A DNA stretch of 31,790 nt from a virus (Duplodnaviria; Heunggongvirae; Uroviricota; Caudoviricetes). A model generated the notes under the pieces. The model did no database searches and was not told where the DNA came from. It saw only the letters and a program-made list of their open reading frames with translations. The stretch's first letter is position 1. The number at the start of each line of letters is the position of its first letter. Of this stretch, positions 26,016 to 31,790 are shown piece after piece. The translations under genes and the position numbers were made by a program. The stretch lies in the IMG/VR virus record IMGVR_UViG_3300008069_000054, positions 1 through 31,790 of that record. One strand, written 5' to 3'.

Positions 26016-28292
26016 TCAAGGGAAATCATTAAAACCCGGCCAATCACAACAAGGCGGATAAACAAATTTTTTCATGTCATAAATAACTTCTGCCCCACGA
26101 GCCAGCGCCTCAAGCTCCCATCTCTGAGGCCTGATACCGTTCTGAGCAAGGTCAACGCGGATACGGGTGATTTGCAATCGTTCAGACCGGGTCAGTCTGG
26201 CCGATGGTGCAATTTCATGCGGTTTTAACGGGCTTCCGTTTCTTTGCTGACGGTTTGGTCTTCTCAGGCCGTATTTTAATGCACCTCTGAGCGCCCTCAC
26301 GACCTCCGGGTCATTCCATTCGATAACACCGTCATCAACCAGATTAAGCACTGCTGCGGCGTGCTCAGAAGGTGTGGGAGCCAGTAACGAAGTATCACCA
26401 CCGGTGAGCTTTCCACAGTTATTGACAGGACTCCGAGGCGCGGCGATGCCGCTTTTTAAAGTCAAAGGCTCAACGACCGGAACTTTCGGCACAATGCGCC
26501 AGTCCGTCGTTCTGGTGATATGAATATGACGCGCGCCGAGATGCGGCGCGTAAATGCCGACCACTCTCTCGACTTCTTCCTCGTACTCGTTAACGTCATC
26601 CGACAGACTACGGGCGACCCTGACAGTCTGACAATCGCGCGGGACATTTGCCCCGCCCTGCGCGCTGATATACAGCGCAAAATCACCACTGTCTGCGGCG
26701 GCGCGTGCAGCCTCGACGCGCTCGTCAAACTCATCAGCAATGCTGACGCCGCGAGGCAATTTGCGTAGTTCACGGTAAGCCCCCATTGTCGGCAGGCCAA
26801 CCGTTTTAAATTGCGGAATGCGCCACGTTGACGCCCATGCGGTAACAGCCGCGGCAGTATCTTTCAGCGGTCTGCCGGTATCGTTATCGAGCTGCCCATC
26901 CAGTGCATAGCCGTCGATATTTTTTGAGATGTATTTCGCGATATACCCCGCAGCACCGCCCCGATTAAGATGTTTTGCCTGAAAACGGTTTCGCGCGGCT
27001 CCTCTTTCGTCGCCATCCTCTTTGAGCGCATAGCGACGCATGATTTCGATAATCTGGTTACGCTGGCGTGGATTACAAAAAAGCATCATATGCCAGTGCG
27101 GCGTTCCGTCGTGGTGTGGCTCGACGACTCGCAAACCGTAGACCTGTAAATCATTATCCTTGAATGCCGTGCGCATCAGGCTCCAGATACGGCAGAGATA
27201 ACGCTGCGCATCCTTTGGATTAAATGCCTCATCGTTCCAGCCGTGATTAAGCTGAACGGTTTTACTTTCGCCTTTTCCGACCTGACGTGTCGGGTGATAC
27301 TTTGACGGCGCGGTCAGCGTGATAAACATCCCCACATCACCCTCTGCGGCGGCGTAACGCTCAATACCGGCAATGGTGTTCATCAGCTCCATCCGGCGAA
27401 TTTCAGGATTAGAAATACTGCCCATCACCTTACTGATAAGGTCGATGCGCTCGCCGGTTTCCCTGTTTTCAAGGTCACACGATTTAAGAAATTCCAGATT
27501 TGCCTGGCGGCGCGCACGCACATCACGAATGGCGTGTTTACTGGCATAAGGAGAACGGTCTTTATTGACCTCCCCGACAGCTATCAGTAACGCCTCATGC
27601 CAGCGCATACGCTGGCCTTTAAGCTGATGAGTCCACCACTCATCGTTAAACAGGCGGGCAATGGCAGAATATGCCTGCCTCGTGGTCATCTGTCCTTTAC
27701 GGTATTTTTTCCAGTAGAGCGGGGAAATATTGAAAGCACGTGCAGCGCCAGCAACATGACCATACAGGTGAGCCTGCGCCTCATCCGTAAACAGCGATTC
27801 TTTTTCACCATGCGCATCAACCCATGCATCGCAGAGTTCCTCATACATCATGAAAAGCTGCGATGAGATACGGGCGGCAAACTTTTTCAGCTCCTTGTCA
27901 TTCATTCCCGGCAGGCGCGCATAGTGGTCACGCTCTGCCAGAAACAGCAACGACGCGTCGGTGTTCATTTCATGGCGCTGATTCACACGCTCAATGCGCG
28001 GCCATAAACGACGCTGAAAAGTAGATGTGAGGAAATAAAATCCGTGCACCGGGCTTTTATTGCGCCGGATGTAGTCATAGCGTGAAGTAAACAGCGAGCG
28101 CAAAAAGTAAGGCAGGCGATTAATCGTGGATAAAACACCTTGCACCTGACGCATCTCGTCACGTGTAAGGGGTCTTTCGCGCCCGACAGCCTCGCGTGGC
28201 GCGTTCCATGCATAAGCACCGGTAAACGTCTTACCGGTGCCTGCGGCAAATGCTGACGGAGGGACAAAACGCCCGGAGGCTTTAACGGCCAT
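26016..28292 (-). CDS. A: Replication initiation protein A (rolling-circle nickase)
   Basis: Translation from the internal Met MAVKASGRFVPPSAFAAGTGK... is near-identical over most of its length to P2 gpA as I recall it; the supplied ORF extends 14 codons upstream. C-terminal residues differ from P2. Confidence 0.92.
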   Translation of the reverse strand: MAVKASGRFVPPSAFAAGTGKTFTGAYAWNAPREAVGRERPLTRDEMRQVQGVLSTINRLPYFLRSLFTSRYDYIRRNKSPVHGFYFLTSTFQRRLWPRIERVNQRHEMNTDASLLFLAERDHYARLPGMNDKELKKFAARISSQLFMMYEELCDAWVDAHGEKESLFTDEAQAHLYGHVAGAARAFNISPLYWKKYRKGQMTTRQAYSAIARLFNDEWWTHQLKGQRMRWHEALLIAVGEVNKDRSPYASKHAIRDVRARRQANLEFLKSCDLENRETGERIDLISKVMGSISNPEIRRMELMNTIAGIERYAAAEGDVGMFITLTAPSKYHPTRQVGKGESKTVQLNHGWNDEAFNPKDAQRYLCRIWSLMRTAFKDNDLQVYGLRVVEPHHDGTPHWHMMLFCNPRQRNQIIEIMRRYALKEDGDERGAARNRFQAKHLNRGGAAGYIAKYISKNIDGYALDGQLDNDTGRPLKDTAAAVTAWASTWRIPQFKTVGLPTMGAYRELRKLPRGVSIADEFDERVEAARAAADSGDFALYISAQGGANVPRDCQTVRVARSLSDDVNEYEEEVERVVGIYAPHLGARHIHITRTTDWRIVPKVPVVEPLTLKSGIAAPRSPVNNCGKLTGGDTSLLAPTPSEHAAAVLNLVDDGVIEWNDPEVVRALRGALKYGLRRPNRQQRNGSPLKPHEIAPSARLTRSERLQITRIRVDLAQNGIRPQRWELEALARGAEVIYDMKKFVYPPCCDWPGFNDFP

Positions 28293-28557
28293 ATGAGCCA
28301 AAAGCCTCTGAAAAACGCTTGCTGAGTTGCTCAACCTGCGCGTTTAAATCAGCAAAAGACTTTGCGCTTCCGGTCAGAATATCGTGATGCATCAGGCCGG
28401 AAACGAGCTGGCTTAATTTCGGGTAATAACCAACCACCGCCAGCCATTCCTGACCGGCGTTTTTACCGCTTTCCGCTCTCTTTTTCTCGTGGAGAATAAA
28501 CTGAAAGCTGTCACTGGTAACGACATAACGTTCGCCAATTTCAATACGAATACTCAT
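28282..28557 (-). CDS. Hypothetical protein (P2 orf83 position)
   Basis: 91-aa ORF immediately upstream of A, in the early operon. Confidence 0.65.
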   Translation of the reverse strand: MSIRIEIGERYVVTSDSFQFILHEKKRAESGKNAGQEWLAVVGYYPKLSQLVSGLMHHDILTGSAKSFADLNAQVEQLSKRFSEAFGSYGR

Positions 28558-28778
28558 GCCGTTCTCCGGTAATGTTTGTTTTTTGCTTCAAAGACTGACT
28601 GGCAGGAAACACAACGCGTGGCTGACGGATAAGCCGCACGACGGGCAGCAGGTATTGGCGCGTCACACTCTTCGCAAACCAGCGCAGAAACACCGCAATG
28701 CTTTACCCTTGCCGCGTTAATCTGGCGCTCCAGTAATTCAGCCTGTTGTTCCTGAATAAAATCTACGTTGTCCGGCAT
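28554..28778 (-). CDS. TraR/DksA-family C4 zinc-finger protein (P2 orf82 position)
   Basis: 74-aa ORF with CxxC...CxxC (CEECDAPIP...CVSCQ). Confidence 0.7.
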   Translation of the reverse strand: MPDNVDFIQEQQAELLERQINAARVKHCGVSALVCEECDAPIPAARRAAYPSATRCVSCQSVFEAKNKHYRRTA

Positions 28779-29083
28779 TACCAGCTCCTTTTGTCGTTAA
28801 GTTTTTTAAATTCATCAGCGCAATAGCTGGCAATTTCTGTCGTTAATTTCGTCAGTTCGTCCACGGAGGAGATTTGCTTGTGAAATACAGCGCGTTTAAC
28901 AAGTAAATTGACCACATCAGATAGGAGATTTAATTCGTTCTGATAAATCGCGATAACAGACTCAGTTATTTCGCGTTTTTCTTTATCAAGACCAAGTTGA
29001 ATAAGAGATAAATCGCCATTTTTCATAACGGCGATTTTTAAGGCGTTATTCAGTAATACAACTGAACGAGAACAGGACATCAA
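28778..29083 (-). CDS. Hypothetical protein (P2 orf81 position)
   Basis: 101-aa ORF in the early operon between B and A, translationally coupled to neighbours. Confidence 0.65.
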   Translation of the reverse strand: MMSCSRSVVLLNNALKIAVMKNGDLSLIQLGLDKEKREITESVIAIYQNELNLLSDVVNLLVKRAVFHKQISSVDELTKLTTEIASYCADEFKKLNDKRSW

Positions 29084-29337
29084 AGCACCTCCCCGCGAGA
29101 CAATCCGATATTGTGAAATTTTTCCGACTCCTGACTGAGCAGCTCGACTATCTCCACGCGGGATAACTCCGCCTTTGTGATATGGCGAATCATGGCGTCA
29201 AGATGAGAAGAAAAGCGCGTCGCTGCGTCGGCCTGTGCTTCGGTTCTGGCCTGTTGCAGCAGTAATGCGTATTTACCGCACTGATTTTCAGAAACTGTAT
29301 GCATGACTTTCTCCAGGCAAAAAGAAGCCCCGCACAA
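29080..29337 (-). CDS. Hypothetical protein (P2 orf80 position)
   Basis: 85-aa ORF; the real start may be the internal Met (MHTVSENQ..., about 29304). Confidence 0.6.
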   Translation of the reverse strand: MCGASFCLEKVMHTVSENQCGKYALLLQQARTEAQADAATRFSSHLDAMIRHITKAELSRVEIVELLSQESEKFHNIGLSRGEVL

Positions 29338-29367
29338 TTAAGTGCGTTAAAAACTCTGGTTAATTAC

Positions 29368-29874
29368 TTAATGCAGATATTGCTCTGGTTTTACCGACGT
29401 CAGAATTGTCGGTGCATACTCAAACAGACTGAATAATTCACGTAATGCACGGAATAAAGCATCACGCCAGTAACATGACTCTTCATTAATTCGCCAGTAT
29501 GGCTGGTTGAATTCTTTTTCAGTCAATCCGGCATGCATAAATAAAGTACGACGCTGACTGACTGTTAAAAAACTAATATATGCATACTCACTTGCGCCAA
29601 CCTGACGGCGTTTTGAGAATGCACCACGCAATTCATCAATTGCACATACCAGTCGTTCACGTTCGACGTCGTTCATTTCTTCAAAACACATCGTTGCGTG
29701 ACGCTGTTTTAACTGAGCATGGAAGCAAACCGTTAACCGTTCGCGCTCCATCATCTGATTATAATAATCACATGTATCCTGCCAGCGAGGAACGGCAAGA
29801 TGCTTACCAATTATCCGGCGCATAGCTGCTGGCTGTTTTTCAACGAGATTGAGCGTCATCACTGTCATTTCCAT
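29368..29874 (-). CDS. B: Replication protein B (DnaB helicase loader)
   Basis: Translation MTVMTLNLVEKQPAAMRRIIGKHLAVPRWQDTCDYYNQ... matches P2 gpB as I recall it; the start is likely 2 codons inside the supplied ORF. Confidence 0.9.
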   Translation of the reverse strand: MEMTVMTLNLVEKQPAAMRRIIGKHLAVPRWQDTCDYYNQMMERERLTVCFHAQLKQRHATMCFEEMNDVERERLVCAIDELRGAFSKRRQVGASEYAYISFLTVSQRRTLFMHAGLTEKEFNQPYWRINEESCYWRDALFRALRELFSLFEYAPTILTSVKPEQYLH

Positions 29875-30062
29875 ACCCTCCGGCTTTTCAGAAAGGTCAG
29901 AGCCTTTTTTAACGGACTCTGTTTTTTGGTGCGGATAATGATTCCCTTACGCCCCTTACCGTGGGTGATGGTGAAGTCAATCGCCCTGGGGCTTTCGTTA
30001 CGCAATAACTGAGCAATACAACGCGGCTCATTCATAATCACAACCCCATCCACAAAAGCCAT
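29865..30062 (-). CDS. Small hypothetical protein (P2 orf78 position)
   Basis: 65-aa ORF between cox and B; basic C-terminus. Start uncertain. Confidence 0.5.
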   Translation of the reverse strand: MAFVDGVVIMNEPRCIAQLLRNESPRAIDFTITHGKGRKGIIIRTKKQSPLKKALTFLKSRRVWK

Positions 30063-30310
30063 GCATCACGCTGTTCAACCGGTCGGTTATAAAACGCCTC
30101 ACGTACAGCGCGATTAAACTCAGGAATGAAAACCCATTTTTCACCGGCACGAGCCTTCGGTTTGCAAGGATCACGCAATTCAATAATTGGTAATTTATTT
30201 GCCTTCACCATTTCACTGACGGCTGTCTTTGGCTTCCCTAATAAATCAGCAAATTTATCCACATGAACCGCATCAAGCGGATACTGAATCACATAATTTT
30301 CAGCGTCCAT
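30038..30310 (-). CDS. cox: Cox-like excisionase / transcriptional repressor of the lysogenic promoter
   Basis: About 90-aa protein (MDAENYVIQYPLDAVHVDKFADLLGKPKTAVSEMVKANKLPIIELRD...) resembling P2 Cox in length, HTH-like segment and conserved C-terminal WL.WMGL. It is the first gene of the early operon, divergent from C. Start chosen at the ATG preceded by GAGGG. Confidence 0.8.
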   Translation of the reverse strand: MDAENYVIQYPLDAVHVDKFADLLGKPKTAVSEMVKANKLPIIELRDPCKPKARAGEKWVFIPEFNRAVREAFYNRPVEQRDAWLLWMGL

Positions 30311-30387
30311 ATATGGTACCCTCATAGGATCCAGCCCTTTCTAAACCACTCAAAACCGTTTAGATGCTGGTTTATTCTCAAATCAAT

Positions 30388-30435
30388 GGAACCTATATAG
30401 GTTCCAGTTTTGAGGGAATTTAGTCCCTATATAGG
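30388..30435. promoter_or_regulatory. Immunity-region operator candidates: two copies of the palindrome CCTATATAGG (first extended to GGAACCTATATAGGTTCC)
   Basis: Read directly between cox and C: GGAACCTATATAGGTTCC at about 30388-30405 and CCCTATATAGG at about 30425-30435, centres about 34 bp apart. A third related palindrome CCATATATGG overlaps the cox start codon (about 30307-30316). Confidence 0.5.
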
Positions 30436-30446
30436 CACCATGTCAA

Positions 30447-30740
30447 ATGAAATTAAGCGAAAAGATTAAGGCCTTGCGTGAGGCTGAAGGGCTAAGCCAA
30501 TCAAAATTCTGTGAAATCATAGAGTTACCGCTAAGCACACTTAAAAAATATGAAGGAGGAAACTTTGAACCCGGTGGCACAGCTTTGCTAAAAATCACTA
30601 TGCATCCCACATTCCAAAAATATGCTCTATGGCTTATGACAGATAAAACCGCGCCGGACGCAGGACAAATCGCACCGGCTCTCGCGCACATTGGGCCAGA
30701 GTCAACAGAGTCCAACCACTCCGCGAAAAGGATTGGCTAA
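30447..30740 (+). CDS. C: Immunity repressor C (P2 C-like)
   Basis: 97-aa protein; C-terminal half (ITMHPTFQKYALWLMTDKTAPDAGQIAPALAH...) resembles P2 repressor C; N-terminal HTH region diverged. Position upstream of int and divergent from cox. Confidence 0.85.
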   Translation: MKLSEKIKALREAEGLSQSKFCEIIELPLSTLKKYEGGNFEPGGTALLKITMHPTFQKYALWLMTDKTAPDAGQIAPALAHIGPESTESNHSAKRIG

Positions 30741-30809
30741 CTCTATATAAAGATTACATTTTCACCATTTGCTACCAAGATGGTGAATACAGCGCCGGAG
30801 GGCTTTCTT

Positions 30810-31790
30810 ATGGCAATTAAGAAGCTCGATGATGGTCGCTATGAAGTGGACATTAGACCTCGCGGTCGCGACGGAAAACGCATCCGCAGGAAATTCGAAA
30901 GAAAAGCTGAAGCACTAGCATTTGAGCGATACACAATCGCCAATGCCAGTCAGAAAGAATGGGGAGGCCAGCGAGCAGACCGCCGGACTTTGAGTGAGTT
31001 GCTGGACATCTGGTGGAAATATCACGGGCAAAACCACGAGCATGGAACAAAAGAGTTTAATCATCTACTCAAAACCATCAGCGGCATAGGTGATATACCA
31101 GTGAGCAGGATGAGCAAAAGGGCTTTGATGGATTATCGTTCCATGCGACTACGTGATGGTATCAGTGCCGCAACGATAAACCGTGACATGTACCGATTAT
31201 CCGGCATGTTCACAAAATTAATTCAATTGGATGAATTTTCCGGGCAACACCCAATTCACGGACTGCCGCCACTGGCGGAGGCCAACCCTGAAATGACGTT
31301 CCTGGAAAAAGCAGAAATCGAAAAACTGTTAAATGTTTTGGCTGGTGATGACTTACTTGTCGCGCTTTTATGTCTGAGCACCGGAGGAAGATGGACGGAA
31401 GTTGCCACGCTAAAACCAGCACAGATTACAAATTGCAGGGTTACCTTCCTGAAAACCAAAAACGGTAAAAAGCGAACCGTGCCGATTTCTGAGGAACTGG
31501 AGAAAAAAGTTAAAGAGGAGGCCAGCGCCAAATTATTCAAAGTTGATTATGAGAAATTTTGCGGGATTTTACGCAGAGTGAAACCTGATATACCACCCAA
31601 TCAGGCAACCCACATCCTGCGGCATACATTCGCAAGCCATTTCATGATGAATGGGGGCAATATAATCGCACTGCAACAGATTCTGGGACATGCGAGCATT
31701 CAGCAGACGATGGCCTATGCGCACCTTGCGCCTGACTATCTGCAAAATGCCGTCGCTCTGAATCCACTAAAAGGCGGAGTGACGTTATAA
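30810..31790 (+). CDS. int: Tyrosine integrase (P2 Int-like)
   Basis: From the internal Met MAIKKLDDGRYEVDIRP..., which matches the P2 Int N-terminus; C-terminal catalytic region with HxxR...Y (ILRHTFASHFMMNGGNIIALQQILGHASIQQTMAYAHL). GGAGGG ribosome-binding site upstream of the chosen ATG. Stop is at the window end. Confidence 0.92.
   Translation: MAIKKLDDGRYEVDIRPRGRDGKRIRRKFERKAEALAFERYTIANASQKEWGGQRADRRTLSELLDIWWKYHGQNHEHGTKEFNHLLKTISGIGDIPVSRMSKRALMDYRSMRLRDGISAATINRDMYRLSGMFTKLIQLDEFSGQHPIHGLPPLAEANPEMTFLEKAEIEKLLNVLAGDDLLVALLCLSTGGRWTEVATLKPAQITNCRVTFLKTKNGKKRTVPISEELEKKVKEEASAKLFKVDYEKFCGILRRVKPDIPPNQATHILRHTFASHFMMNGGNIIALQQILGHASIQQTMAYAHLAPDYLQNAVALNPLKGGVTL

Larger units (their letters stand above)
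1..31790 (-). mobile_element. P2-like prophage (near-complete genome, ogr to int), inverted relative to the conventional P2 map
   Basis: Full P2 gene order recognised from the ORF translations: late tail, baseplate, lysis and head operons, divergent PQ and ONML operons, cos-like 19-mer, replication genes A and B, cox, C and int. Window starts at the ogr stop and ends at the int stop. Confidence 0.93.

Noticed and set aside
26004-26228. 74-aa plus-strand ORF overlapping the 3' end of A
   Set aside because: Antisense to the conserved A C-terminus; no support as a gene. The LexA box just upstream of it is assigned to the minus-strand cargo operon instead.

Overview
The window is a near-complete P2-like (Peduovirus-type) temperate prophage, about 31.8 kb, lying in inverted orientation. 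It runs from the 3' end of ogr (position 1) to the 3' end of int (position 31790), so both att junctions fall just outside the window. Gene order is colinear with phage P2. On the minus strand: ogr, D, U, T, E/E', FII, FI, [cargo], G, H, I, J, W, V, S, R, lysC/lysB/lysA, K, Y, X, L, M, N, O. On the plus strand: P, Q, then cos. Then on the minus strand: [cargo operon], A, orf83 to orf80, B, orf78, cox. Finally C and int on the plus strand. All protein calls rest on my recall of P2 protein sequences and on reading the supplied ORF translations; no database search or alignment was run. The backbone looks close to P2. The two places where it departs from P2 are the two classical P2 accessory hotspots, and both carry AT-rich cargo here. 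(1) Between G and FI, the Z/fun position, sits a single 369-aa membrane-anchored protein of unknown function. (2) Between A and cos, the tin/old position, sits a two-gene operon: a DEDDh-type 3'-5' exonuclease (183 aa) followed by a 547-aa fusion of a HipA-like Ser/Thr kinase domain and a C-terminal HIRAN domain. That operon is preceded by a near-consensus LexA box and followed by a strong terminator. I regard these two islands, especially the kinase-HIRAN plus exonuclease operon, as the candidate undescribed system (anti-phage defence or abortive infection is the leading hypothesis). No rRNA, tRNA or CRISPR array was seen. Coordinates of hand-located motifs may be off by 1-2 nt.
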